This document shows positions 50,309 to 59,808 of a stretch of 64,000 nucleotides of DNA, piece after piece. Within the stretch, counting starts at the first letter, position 1; every line of letters begins with the position of its first letter. The notes beneath the pieces are model-generated. The model did no database searches, was not told the DNA's origin, and worked only from the letters and a program-made list of their open reading frames with translations. The stretch lies in NCBI GenBank assembly GCA_947627435.1, contig CANQWB010000002.1, positions 16,643 through 80,642 on the forward strand. The letters are read 5' to 3'. The DNA comes from an uncultured Bacilli bacterium (GTDB lineage Bacteria > Bacillota_I > Bacilli_A > RF39 > UBA660). A program made the translations under genes and the position numbers.

Positions 50309-51019
50309 ATGAATAGAAATAATATAGTACGCATATTAGAAGTAATTGAGAATCCTCAATTTCCCGAAAAAGCAAATGTAGACCACTTTTTATTAGCCGA
50401 ATATTTACAAAATACAAATGGTGGAAGAGTGAAAACGGATCGTGTTTTTTCATTCAATCAATTGATTGAACATATTGAAGATAATTTATATTTAGGACAA
50501 TTATTTGCTGCCCAATTAGAAATGAATGAAACAACAGCCGATGATATTTATCAATTTCAATTCCACGGTGATTGTAATTTAAAATCCACAAACTTTTCTA
50601 ATTATACAACATCTCATTTAGCTATTGTGGTACCAGGAAAATTGAAAGAAAATCACATCAAGGATGAAGAAATAGAACAATTCAATGAATATTTAGCAAA
50701 AGAAACCATTCTTGTGAATGAAGTAGCATCTAGACGTAATCGTCATGAACATTATAAAGTACAAAAGCAAAATCATTTTAAAGTAGCCGTGGCAGTTGGT
50801 ACATTAGCAGCAGTTTTAATCAGTGGAACAGTATATCCATATTTACAACAAAAACAAGCAGAAACAAGAAAAATCGATATACAAAATATGAAACAATATG
50901 AAACACCAACAACACAAGAGTTACAAGAACAATACCATAAAGAAATGGATGATACGGAATTTAATAATTTCTTAGAAGGTATTCGTGAAGAACATGAAGC
51001 TCAAAGAAAATTACCATAA
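50309..51019 (+). CDS. hypothetical protein with one C-proximal TM helix
   Basis: 236 aa. TM helix FKVAVAVGTLAAVLISGTVYPYL. I recognise no family. Confidence 0.5.
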   Translation: MNRNNIVRILEVIENPQFPEKANVDHFLLAEYLQNTNGGRVKTDRVFSFNQLIEHIEDNLYLGQLFAAQLEMNETTADDIYQFQFHGDCNLKSTNFSNYTTSHLAIVVPGKLKENHIKDEEIEQFNEYLAKETILVNEVASRRNRHEHYKVQKQNHFKVAVAVGTLAAVLISGTVYPYLQQKQAETRKIDIQNMKQYETPTTQELQEQYHKEMDDTEFNNFLEGIREEHEAQRKLP

Positions 51020-51125
51020 AAGTCAATAAGACTTTTTTATTTTAAAAATAGAATATTTGATGTAATATTTTTTAGTTTACAATAGAACATATGTTTGATA
51101 TAATAAACATGTTAGGAATGATGAT

Positions 51126-53354
51126 ATGAAAAACTATATTAAAGGAATTTATTTAAGAAATATATTTCAATCAGATAATGGATATTTTATTGGTGTATTT
51201 AAAATCAAAGAAACCAATGAAATAGAATTACAAGATTATATAGATAAGACAATTACATTTACTGGATATTTTGCTGATTTAAAAGAGGATGATATGTATA
51301 TTTTATATGGAGAAGTAGTGCATCATCCAAAATATGGTCTACAATACCAAGTCGATGATTCAGAACATATTAAACCAGAAGACAAAGATGGTATTATTGC
51401 ATTTTTATCAAGTGATTTATTCCCTGGTATTGGCGAAAAAATGGCTAGTAAAATTGTGGAAACATTGGGAAATGAAACGTTAGAATTGATTTTAAAAGAA
51501 CCAGAATGTTTAAATTTAGTACCTAAATTATCCATGAAAAAACAAAAACAAATTTGTGATACTTTAAATCAATATGAAGAAAGTCATAAGACAATTGTGT
51601 ATCTTACAGAATTAGGATTTACGATGAGAGATTCTTTAGCAATTTATCACTATTATAAAGGGAATACCATTATGGAAATTGAGCATAATATTTATAACAT
51701 TTTGGACCATATTCAAGATGTTACTTTTCCTAAAATAGATAAGATTGCATTAAAACTAAATATAGAACCTACTGATGAAAGAAGAGTAAAAGCGGGAATA
51801 GAGTATGCGTGTAAACAAATTTCTTTTGAAACAGGGGATACTTATTTTGATTTAGAAATGATTCGTTTTGCAACAAGACGTTATTTAAATTTAGATTTGG
51901 ATGAATCTGTATTAAATCCATATTTAGAGCTATTATGTGCAGAAGAAAAATTAGTTTATGAAGATGGACACTATGATTTAAGGAGTATTTATGATGCTGA
52001 AAACTATATATGTAGTTGTCTAACTTACTTAGCATCAACAAAAGATAAAACTTATAAAAAATTAGATTCTTATATACATGCCTTAGAGGAACAAATGCAA
52101 ATAGAATATAATCTAGAGCAAAAACAAGCAATCAAGACTGCATTAGAAAAACATATCTGCATTATTACGGGTGGACCAGGTACAGGAAAGACAACTATTA
52201 TTCAAGCAATTGTTGAATTATATCAATTTTTAAATCAATTGGACTCATCCAATGTTGAAGATAAAATTGCTTTACTAGCTCCCACTGGACGTGCTAGTAA
52301 GCGTATGAGTGAAACAACTCTTTTTCCGGCAACTACCATACACCGTTTTTTAAAATGGAATTTAGATAATAATGAATTTGCAGTCAATGAATGGAATCCT
52401 GCCCCACAACAACTCATCATTGTCGATGAAGTGAGCATGATTGATATTGAATTATTTGGACATTTGTTGCAAGGGCTAACAAAAAATATTCAATTGGTAT
52501 TAGTGGGAGATTTTAACCAGTTACCGAGTGTTGGTCCTGGACAAGTTTTGAAAGATTTAATTGAAAGTAATTGTATTTCTACCATTGAACTGAACTTATT
52601 ATATCGTCAAACCAATGCATCATATATACCAATACTTGCTGATGAAATAAAGCATAATACTTTAAGTGAATCGTTTATGGAACCTAAAAATGATTTTCTA
52701 TTTTTAGATTGTAAAGAAGAAGATATGATACCTGTTATAAGAAACTTGACGCAAAAATTAATAGAAAATGGATATAACGAGAAGAGAGTCCAAATTATGG
52801 CACCGATGTATGCAGGTCCACATGGAATCGATATTTTGAATCAAGAATTACAACAGTTGTGGAATCCAAAATCAGAAACCAAAAGAGAGTTACTTGTAGG
52901 CAATACTATCTTTAGAGAAGGAGATAAAGTATTACAACTCGTCAATATGCCAGAAGAGAATGTATTTAATGGCGATATTGGAGTCATCAAATATATCATT
53001 CCTATGAATCAAAGTAAAAGCAAGAAAAATGAAATATATGTAGATTTTGATGGATGGGAAGTCAAATATTTACCCAAAGATTTTTCTAAATTAAAACATG
53101 GATATATTATTAGCATTCATAAATCACAAGGAAGTGAATTTGAACTGGTGATCATTCCTATGGCGATGAGTTATTACCGCATGTTATATCGTAAACTTGT
53201 TTATACAGGTGTGACAAGAGCAAAGCAAAAACTCATTTTAGTAGGAAATCCCAAAGCTTTTACATACAGTATATCCAATAATCACGAAAGAATTCGTAGA
53301 ACCAATTTATGTCAAAAGTTACAACAAGCCATGCATAATTTGACATCGATGTAG
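51126..53354 (+). CDS. recD2: RecD2-type ATP-dependent DNA helicase (SF1B)
   Basis: ITGGPGTGKTT (Walker A), IIVDEVSM, VGDFNQLPSVGPG, SIHKSQGSEF, and an N-terminal OB/HhH region. Confidence 0.85.
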   Translation: MKNYIKGIYLRNIFQSDNGYFIGVFKIKETNEIELQDYIDKTITFTGYFADLKEDDMYILYGEVVHHPKYGLQYQVDDSEHIKPEDKDGIIAFLSSDLFPGIGEKMASKIVETLGNETLELILKEPECLNLVPKLSMKKQKQICDTLNQYEESHKTIVYLTELGFTMRDSLAIYHYYKGNTIMEIEHNIYNILDHIQDVTFPKIDKIALKLNIEPTDERRVKAGIEYACKQISFETGDTYFDLEMIRFATRRYLNLDLDESVLNPYLELLCAEEKLVYEDGHYDLRSIYDAENYICSCLTYLASTKDKTYKKLDSYIHALEEQMQIEYNLEQKQAIKTALEKHICIITGGPGTGKTTIIQAIVELYQFLNQLDSSNVEDKIALLAPTGRASKRMSETTLFPATTIHRFLKWNLDNNEFAVNEWNPAPQQLIIVDEVSMIDIELFGHLLQGLTKNIQLVLVGDFNQLPSVGPGQVLKDLIESNCISTIELNLLYRQTNASYIPILADEIKHNTLSESFMEPKNDFLFLDCKEEDMIPVIRNLTQKLIENGYNEKRVQIMAPMYAGPHGIDILNQELQQLWNPKSETKRELLVGNTIFREGDKVLQLVNMPEENVFNGDIGVIKYIIPMNQSKSKKNEIYVDFDGWEVKYLPKDFSKLKHGYIISIHKSQGSEFELVIIPMAMSYYRMLYRKLVYTGVTRAKQKLILVGNPKAFTYSISNNHERIRRTNLCQKLQQAMHNLTSM

Positions 53355-53422
53355 CAAACTATAAATGTATGTATTAGTTGGTATGCATACGGATTCATAT
53401 TTTTTGGCAAGAAGGTGATTGT

Positions 53423-53575
53423 ATGAAATATGTAAAAGGAATGGCACTTATGGGAATGGGTGCTGGAGCTGTTTTAGCGTATCAAAAATATAAAAAACCT
53501 GTTACGAAACAGGTAGAAAAAGTGGTAGATTCCACTATGAAAAAAGCAAACAAAAAGCTAGAAAATATGATGTAA
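53423..53575 (+). CDS. small membrane protein
   Basis: 50 aa with a Gly-zipper-like helix (GMALMGMGAGAVLAY) and a basic tail. AAGGTGA RBS then ATG 53423. Confidence 0.45.
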   Translation: MKYVKGMALMGMGAGAVLAYQKYKKPVTKQVEKVVDSTMKKANKKLENMM

Positions 53576-53597
53576 AAGGATCAAAAGATCCTTTTTC
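53575..53597 (+). terminator. intrinsic terminator
   Basis: AAAGGATC-aaaa-GATCCTTT stem followed by a short T-run. Confidence 0.6.
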
Positions 53598-53645
53598 ATT
53601 GAAATAACAATGTTTGAAATATAAAAATAGATGTATATCAATATT

Positions 53646-54731
53646 CTATTCAGTAGAATCTTTTATACTTTCTATAATTTTTTTATTTTCTAAAAGTCTT
53701 TCATTATTTGGACTTAAATCAATTGCAAAGTTAACATATTTAATAGCATTTTTAAAATCTTGTTTTTGAAAATATGCAATTGACATAATGTCATAGATGG
53801 TAGAATCCCAACTAAATGGTTCATTAATATAATTTTTGGTATGTGTTTGAATTTGTAGAGCTTGTTTTCCATAATAGATAACATTGTCAAAATCTTCTAA
53901 TCGATAAGCAAGCATTGCCATTTCGACATATGGTTCTCTTAAGTAAGGAGCTTCTACAATTGCTTTTTCTAACCACATTTTAGCTTCATCAAATCGATTT
54001 AATGCTTGATAAGATCGTGCTATAAAACGCATAGATGCACATCTTTCATCTTTCCATGTCGCACTCTTTAGGTGTAAATGACGTATTAAGGTATCAATAC
54101 ATTCATTCCATCTTTGATAATACATATATTCACGTCCTAAGTAATGCATGTTTCGGTCATCTTCGGGATTTTCTTGAACAGATAATTCGAGTAGGGGAAG
54201 ATAACTAGATCTCGATTTGGTATTATCGGGGTAATGATTGACTGTCAAATTATCTATGGTAATAAAATGTTCTTGATCAGGGCCAATATAGGTAAGTACT
54301 TCATGAACGGGATGTGTCCATTGATAATTTTTTCTAGTATGAATTTTTTCTATATAAAAATTAACTGCAGGGTTACCATTTTCATCAAAACTCCAATTGT
54401 AATTATAGCGAGCACGCGTAGTATTGGTTGTCCATGCGTCTTCTAATTTTTTACGCCAACCTGGTTCGAATACTTCATCTAAATCGGTACAAACACAAAT
54501 ATCTGCATCTTCACAAACAAAATCTAAAGAAGCATTTCTAGCTACATCAAATCGCCATGGTTCAATTGTTGCTCCTTTAACATGTACATTTCTATTTTTT
54601 AATTTTTGAACGGTATCATCTGTAGAGCCAGTATCTAATACATAAATCTCATCTGCTTCTTGCATAGAATCAACCCATCTATCTACAAATTTTTCTTCAT
54701 TTTTACAGATGGCATACACACAAATTTTCAC
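53646..54731 (-). CDS. family-2 glycosyltransferase fused to TPR repeats
   Basis: VYAICKNEEKFVDRW..YVLDTGSTDDT..CTDLDE (GT-A/DxD type), then C-terminal TPR-like repeats. The GTG at 54731 lies 9 nt after AGGAAGG, so the track TTG start at 54782 is less likely. Confidence 0.7.
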   Translation of the reverse strand: MKICVYAICKNEEKFVDRWVDSMQEADEIYVLDTGSTDDTVQKLKNRNVHVKGATIEPWRFDVARNASLDFVCEDADICVCTDLDEVFEPGWRKKLEDAWTTNTTRARYNYNWSFDENGNPAVNFYIEKIHTRKNYQWTHPVHEVLTYIGPDQEHFITIDNLTVNHYPDNTKSRSSYLPLLELSVQENPEDDRNMHYLGREYMYYQRWNECIDTLIRHLHLKSATWKDERCASMRFIARSYQALNRFDEAKMWLEKAIVEAPYLREPYVEMAMLAYRLEDFDNVIYYGKQALQIQTHTKNYINEPFSWDSTIYDIMSIAYFQKQDFKNAIKYVNFAIDLSPNNERLLENKKIIESIKDSTE

Positions 54732-54813
54732 GATTTTCACCTTCCTATTATAAAATATGCCATTCCTATATTTGGGACACAAAAATAGTGCATTTCTGCA
54801 CTATTTTAAATTG

Positions 54814-55590
54814 CTATGCTTCAGCAGGGGTTCCAGCACTCAATTTTCTTACGATTAAATATCCATTGACACCACTAGCATCTGGTTGTTGAAGTGTACC
54901 ACTTGTTGCTTGTGCAATGATATCTACTGCATCATTTGCATTTAAGGTAGCGATAACAGTTCCACTATATACTGTGTTTGCACCAGTATTAATTGTTTGA
55001 GTAACTTGTGTTGCAGTAATATTTTGTCCTCCTGCACGAACAGCTAAAGTTGCATTATCGACGTTACTATTTTGAGCAGTTAAAAGGGCATAGTATGTGA
55101 TTTCATAAGTACCATCTTCTTCTACTGTAATTGTACCAGCACCTGTATCATATGTTTCTCCTAAGTCAGGTAATTCTTCATTCAATACAATAGTAGTTGG
55201 GGTATCTGGTGTTAGTGTAATGGTATTGGTTGTATTACGATATAATCCTCCATATGCGGCTAATCCTGCAGGGACTGTTCCGGTTGGTCCAGTAGGTCCA
55301 GTAGGTCCAGTTGGTCCAGTAGGCCCCGTAGGTCCAGTTGGTCCGGTTGGTCCCGTAGGTCCAGTTGGCCCAGTAGGTCCCGTAGGTCCAGTAGGTCCTG
55401 TTGGTCCCGTAGGCCCCGTAGGTCCTCCCGCAGGCCCCGTAGGTCCGGTTGGTCCGGTTGGCCCAGTAGGTCCAGTCATACTTACTATACTAGTAACCAT
55501 TGGGCATGTTTGTTGATAATTGTTAATTTTTTCGATAGCGTTTTGATAGGTGCTACTGCAAGGATCTCCACAATTGTTATTACAATTCAT
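54814..55590 (-). CDS. collagen-like triple-helix repeat protein with a BclA-type C-terminal domain
   Basis: 21 G-P-T/A triplets follow a Cys-rich N-terminus. The C-terminal 150 aa (..[23 protein letters not shown]..) resemble the BclA/C1q-like jelly roll. The second ATG (55590) is spaced 7 nt from GGAGG. Confidence 0.8.
   Translation of the reverse strand: MNCNNNCGDPCSSTYQNAIEKINNYQQTCPMVTSIVSMTGPTGPTGPTGPTGPAGGPTGPTGPTGPTGPTGPTGPTGPTGPTGPTGPTGPTGPTGPTGPTGPTGTVPAGLAAYGGLYRNTTNTITLTPDTPTTIVLNEELPDLGETYDTGAGTITVEEDGTYEITYYALLTAQNSNVDNATLAVRAGGQNITATQVTQTINTGANTVYSGTVIATLNANDAVDIIAQATSGTLQQPDASGVNGYLIVRKLSAGTPAEA
55282..55473 (-). repeat. 9-bp tandem repeat encoding (Gly-Pro-Thr)n
   Basis: Direct count on the minus strand: 4 GPT + 1 GPA, one extra Gly, then 16 GPT. 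Codon wobble varies between units. Confidence 0.9.
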
Positions 55591-55687
55591 ATCCATTCCT
55601 CCTTTTCTAATATAAAATATGCACGGGTCAAAAAGGCAGTTAATATATATGCCGATATGCTGAGAAGAAAATAAAAAAACAATATTT

Positions 55688-56347
55688 TTATTCTATATTG
55701 TTTTCTTGTAATTCATATTTTTCAATTAAATCATCTAAATTTTCTAAAACAATAGTATCTTGTTCTACCGTATCTTCCATAATTTGTTGATGTATTGGGT
55801 TGTCTTCTACTGTAATTGGATGCATATTGTCATAAAAATTGATAGAATACTCTAATAAACATAATACTTGTAAGTTGATACACAGATATACAAGGCCTTG
55901 TACGATCATTTCTAAGGGGCTTAAAAAATGAAGACATATTACAAATAAGATAGTAATAAATAAACCAGTTGTTTTGACTTTTCCAATCCATAAAGTTTGG
56001 GTTTTATGACTCTTATAGTGAAAGATTAAATTACAAATGGCTAAAATACTTTCTAATATAACTAGAATCCAAACGATAGGTAGGATAGAAGTTAAGCTAA
56101 TACAAAGACCAATTGCAAATACTTTATCAGCAACTGCATCTAGTTTTGCACCAAATTCACTCACGACATTCCATTTACGAGCCAATTTACCATCAATGAA
56201 ATCGGTTAAAGCAGCAATCGTTGTAAGGATAATGACAATTGGAATATTTTTTAAAATTCCTAATGTAATAATAATTGGTGTCATAATAATACGACTGGCT
56301 GTTAGAATATTTGGTATCCATTGTTTATAATTTTTAGATTGTTTCAT
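55688..56347 (-). CDS. pgsA: CDP-alcohol phosphatidyltransferase (PgsA-like) with a C-terminal acidic extension
   Basis: [27 protein letters not shown] fits D-x2-DG-x2-AR-x8-G-x3-D-x3-D. Four or five TM helices, plus an extra soluble tail of about 50 aa. Confidence 0.65.
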   Translation of the reverse strand: MKQSKNYKQWIPNILTASRIIMTPIIITLGILKNIPIVIILTTIAALTDFIDGKLARKWNVVSEFGAKLDAVADKVFAIGLCISLTSILPIVWILVILESILAICNLIFHYKSHKTQTLWIGKVKTTGLFITILFVICLHFLSPLEMIVQGLVYLCINLQVLCLLEYSINFYDNMHPITVEDNPIHQQIMEDTVEQDTIVLENLDDLIEKYELQENNIE

Positions 56348-56520
56348 ATAGGAACCTCCAATAAACTTATTGTAACAAATTCAGACAATAGAATCAATCA
56401 ATTGCATAAAAAATATGAAAAAACATATGATGTAATGTATCCCATTTTGGATACACTTGGAAAACTGTAGTGTTACGGTTTTCCTTTTTTGTAAACAAGT
56501 TGTCTTTTTGATGACAATGC

Positions 56521-56549
56521 TATACATTTCCTTCTACTTTTGCTATAAT
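56521..56549 (+). promoter_or_regulatory. candidate promoter of the autolysin/scaffold operon
   Basis: TATACA-17 nt-TATAAT (56544-56549) with TGc giving an extended -10. Confidence 0.4.
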
Positions 56550-56593
56550 ATATGTAGAATAAAATCGAAATATGGCGGGAAAGAGGGGATAAG

Positions 56594-58399
56594 ATGAAAA
56601 AAAATAAAATGGCAAAATTTTTCTTGATTATTATTTTATTTTCCTTATGCCCAATTATACAAATTCAAGCGAGTCCAAAATATGCTTATGTAACAGAAAA
56701 TACTATCCCATTTACAAAAAATCCCAATATAGAATCTCCTACCCAAAATGATTTTATAGCACCTAGTACATTACACTATTTAGATTTTGGAGATGTGGTT
56801 ACATTAACAGATCAATCGGTAAAATCGACAGTGAGTAGTTGTAAGTCCAATTTTTACCAAGTGGTTTATGAATACGCAAAAAATGGAAAAACATATACAG
56901 GTTATATTTGTGGTGATTACTTAAAATTTGAAGTAGATGTTAGTAAGTATGCTGAAGAATTTACAAAAGCCGGTTTTCCTGAAACTTATTTTGAAAAGTT
57001 GACATTATTAAAAGATGCACACCCTAATTGGATTTTTACAGCTTATCAAACCAATTTAGATTGGAATGAAGTAGTAAAAAATGAAAGTGTAGTAGGAATT
57101 AGTTATATCCAAGTTACAGATTTAGACAACGGAGCTAAATATATTTCTTTGGATGAAGGTTCTTATGATCCTATTCGTAAATCCTATATTGTTAGAGAAG
57201 GTAGTAATTGGTATGCGGCCAATGCCCAGACAGTTGCTTATTATATAGACCCACGTAATTTTTTAACAGAAAGAGAAATTTTTATGTTTGAAAATCTAGG
57301 ATATAATGAAAATTATCAAACATTAGAAGCCGTTCAAAATGTATTAAAAAATACAGATTTATATCCATATGCGAATATTTATGTTGAAGCGGCAACTTAT
57401 AATGGAAATAGTATTAACCCTGTACATTTAGCTGCTAGTTCGAAACAAGAAGTTGTAATTGAGGATGGAAAATTAAGTGGTTCTGCCAATGGTACTGGAA
57501 AAATCAATGATATATCTTATTACAATGTATATAATTTAGGTGCTTTTTCTAGTTGTTCCAATCCAGTAGCATGCGCAATTGAATTTGCTGCTGGCACAGG
57601 ATATGATCGTCCATGGACAACTTTAGAATTATCCATTAAAGGTGGTGCTACCTATATTGCAAATGCATATATCAATAAAAAACAGAATACATTATATTTT
57701 AAGAAATGGAATGTAACAAGTAATGTATATGGAAATTATTCCAATCAATACATGACAAATATACAAGCAGCAGTATCTGAAGGAAGATCTACTTATGACG
57801 GATATTCAAAAATAGATGGATTAGTAGATAGTGCAATTGAATTTGTAATACCTGTATATCAAAATATGCCAACTACTCCAACAGTTTTACCAACAGTAGT
57901 AGATACAAATACAAAAGAAGAACTGGATAAACAGGCAAATGAAAAACAAAATTCTACTATTACAAATATTGTACAGAATGCAGGATATGCATACCATGAT
58001 GGTTACATTTCAGGAGTAAAAGTAGGAACATCAGCACAAGCTGTGATTTCAAAATTTAAAACTACAAATCCAAATACATCCATTAAAATCACAACAATAG
58101 CTGACAATAAAACAACTGAAATTCATGATGGAACAGTATTAAAAACAGGTGATATTCTTACCATTACAACAGAAAAGGAAACATTATCATTGCGTATCAT
58201 TATTTTTGGAGATGTCAATGGAGATGGAATGGTAACTGCAGTAGATTATGTACAAGTAAAAAATTGTATTATGTCTTCTATGAATTTAACAGGTTCTTAT
58301 AAGATTTCAGCAGACGTAGACCAAGATGGAAAAATTTCAGCAGTAGATTATGTAAATATTAAAAATTATATTATGAAAGGCAATAGTATAATTCAATAG
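56594..58399 (+). CDS. secreted GH73-like N-acetylglucosaminidase (autolysin) with a C-terminal type I dockerin
   Basis: Signal peptide (..IIQIQA|SPKY) and an SH3b-like N-terminus. The central region has YYIDPRNFL and NPVHLAASSKQE, seen in clostridial glucosaminidases. The C-terminus has GDVNGDGMVTAVDY..ADVDQDGKISAVDY. Confidence 0.7.
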   Translation: MKKNKMAKFFLIIILFSLCPIIQIQASPKYAYVTENTIPFTKNPNIESPTQNDFIAPSTLHYLDFGDVVTLTDQSVKSTVSSCKSNFYQVVYEYAKNGKTYTGYICGDYLKFEVDVSKYAEEFTKAGFPETYFEKLTLLKDAHPNWIFTAYQTNLDWNEVVKNESVVGISYIQVTDLDNGAKYISLDEGSYDPIRKSYIVREGSNWYAANAQTVAYYIDPRNFLTEREIFMFENLGYNENYQTLEAVQNVLKNTDLYPYANIYVEAATYNGNSINPVHLAASSKQEVVIEDGKLSGSANGTGKINDISYYNVYNLGAFSSCSNPVACAIEFAAGTGYDRPWTTLELSIKGGATYIANAYINKKQNTLYFKKWNVTSNVYGNYSNQYMTNIQAAVSEGRSTYDGYSKIDGLVDSAIEFVIPVYQNMPTTPTVLPTVVDTNTKEELDKQANEKQNSTITNIVQNAGYAYHDGYISGVKVGTSAQAVISKFKTTNPNTSIKITTIADNKTTEIHDGTVLKTGDILTITTEKETLSLRIIIFGDVNGDGMVTAVDYVQVKNCIMSSMNLTGSYKISADVDQDGKISAVDYVNIKNYIMKGNSIIQ

Positions 58400-58413
58400 A
58401 AAGGAATCAAATT

Positions 58414-59727
58414 ATGAAAAAAGTAGTATGTAATATATTGATACTTTTCACTTCTTTTATTTTTATAAATCATGTAAAGGCAGGTTCTTTGAATGTGTAT
58501 GCAAGTTCTGCTTCACCAATTGTAGGATCGAATGTAATCATTACAATTCAAGCAAGTGACATTGCAGGACAATTTGCAATCACATCTTCCAATGGATCTA
58601 TCTTATCTGGTGGAACTTCATCTGTGTGGATTGAAAATGAAACCAAAACATTTACTTTTAAAGCAAATGCAGTAGGTTCTGCAACAGTGAGTGTTGTCCC
58701 AATCGATGCTGCTGATTTTTCAACCAATTCCAAATATAGTACCACTAAAACAGCGCAAATTACAGTAAGAAGTCAACCAATTGTCGTATTTTCTTCTAAC
58801 AACTATTTATCTTCTTTAGGAGTTGAAGGTGTAGGCATTGCGCCTGAATTTAATCGTGATACACTAGAATATACTGTGGAAATGGAACCTGGAACAACTC
58901 ATGTAAATATTGTTGGTTCCGTAGAAGATGGAACTGCTCGTGTAGAAGGATTGGGCGAAAGAGAAGTAAATGAAGGTGCCAATCGCTTTGAAATTCCAGT
59001 GACAGCTCAAAATGGAAATGTAAGAACTTATGTCGTAACAGTGAATGTCAAAGAATATAATCCTATTTCTGTTGAAATAAATAACCAATCCTATACCGTA
59101 GTAAGAAAACGTAGTGAATTACAAGCTCCTGCCAATTATACTGAAACAACGGTACAAATGAAAGAGGAAGAAGTACCTGCTTACTATAATGAAATTACAA
59201 AATATACATTAGTAGGTTTAAAAGATGAAACAGGAAAAATTGACCTTTATATTTATGATATTGGCAATCAAACTTATACCAAATATCAAGAATATACATT
59301 TGGAAGTGTCATTTTATATCCAATGGAGTTAGAAAAAATTCCATCACGTTATACAAAAACAGTGATTGTATTAAATGATGAAGAAGTACCTGCATATAAA
59401 ATAAAGCAATCATCCAATCATGCTCTTATTTATGGAATGAATGTTGAAACGGGTAAAATACATTTATATTCATATGATAAAGAAGAAAATACATTGCAAA
59501 TCTATTATCAAGATGAAATAGAAGTATTAGAAAAAGAAAATCAGTTATATTTTATAATTGGACTCATTTTAGGAGGAATTTCTCTAATACTACTCATTAT
59601 TTTAATTATAGTATTATGTAAGAGAAGAAAAAAACAATCTCATTCTTCGATTGAAGATACCAAAGCAAGACACAAAAAGAAAAAGAAAAAACATGAAGAA
59701 ATAGTAGAGGAAGTACCATTTGAATAA
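58414..59727 (+). CDS. membrane-anchored surface protein: N-terminal beta-sandwich (candidate cohesin), cadherin-like domain, two repeat modules, TM helix, basic tail
   Basis: Signal peptide. LSSLGVEGVGIAPEFNRDTLEYTVEM..RTYVVTVNV is the cadherin-like beta-sandwich signature. TM helix LYFIIGLILGGISLILLIILIIVLC, then KRRKKQ. Confidence 0.6.
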   Translation: MKKVVCNILILFTSFIFINHVKAGSLNVYASSASPIVGSNVIITIQASDIAGQFAITSSNGSILSGGTSSVWIENETKTFTFKANAVGSATVSVVPIDAADFSTNSKYSTTKTAQITVRSQPIVVFSSNNYLSSLGVEGVGIAPEFNRDTLEYTVEMEPGTTHVNIVGSVEDGTARVEGLGEREVNEGANRFEIPVTAQNGNVRTYVVTVNVKEYNPISVEINNQSYTVVRKRSELQAPANYTETTVQMKEEEVPAYYNEITKYTLVGLKDETGKIDLYIYDIGNQTYTKYQEYTFGSVILYPMELEKIPSRYTKTVIVLNDEEVPAYKIKQSSNHALIYGMNVETGKIHLYSYDKEENTLQIYYQDEIEVLEKENQLYFIIGLILGGISLILLIILIIVLCKRRKKQSHSSIEDTKARHKKKKKKHEEIVEEVPFE

Positions 59728-59760
59728 ATCAAATGGTATTTTTGTATCTTCTAAAATAGA

Positions 59761-59788
59761 TTGAAATCACATAGAATTATGATATAAT
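59761..59788 (+). promoter_or_regulatory. sigma-A promoter of murG-murB-divIB
   Basis: TTGAAA (59761-59766), 16-nt spacer, TATAAT (59783-59788), with TGa giving an extended -10. Confidence 0.55.
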
Positions 59789-59808
59789 AATGTTAGGATG
59801 TGATACAA

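Noticed and set aside
55220-55516. Plus-strand ORF encoding (PVG)n.
   Set aside because: It is the antisense reading of the (GPT)n collagen repeat. The minus-strand gene has the RBS, the N-terminal and C-terminal domains, and a partner glycosyltransferase.
56459-56490. Terminator-like hairpin (GGAAAACTG-tagtgtta-CGGTTTTCC plus T6) on the + strand in the divergent pgsA/autolysin intergenic region; a possible small RNA.
   Set aside because: It lies upstream of the best promoter for the autolysin gene and no + strand gene precedes it. I could find only a poor promoter (TGaTGTAAT) about 25 nt upstream, which is not enough to call an sRNA.
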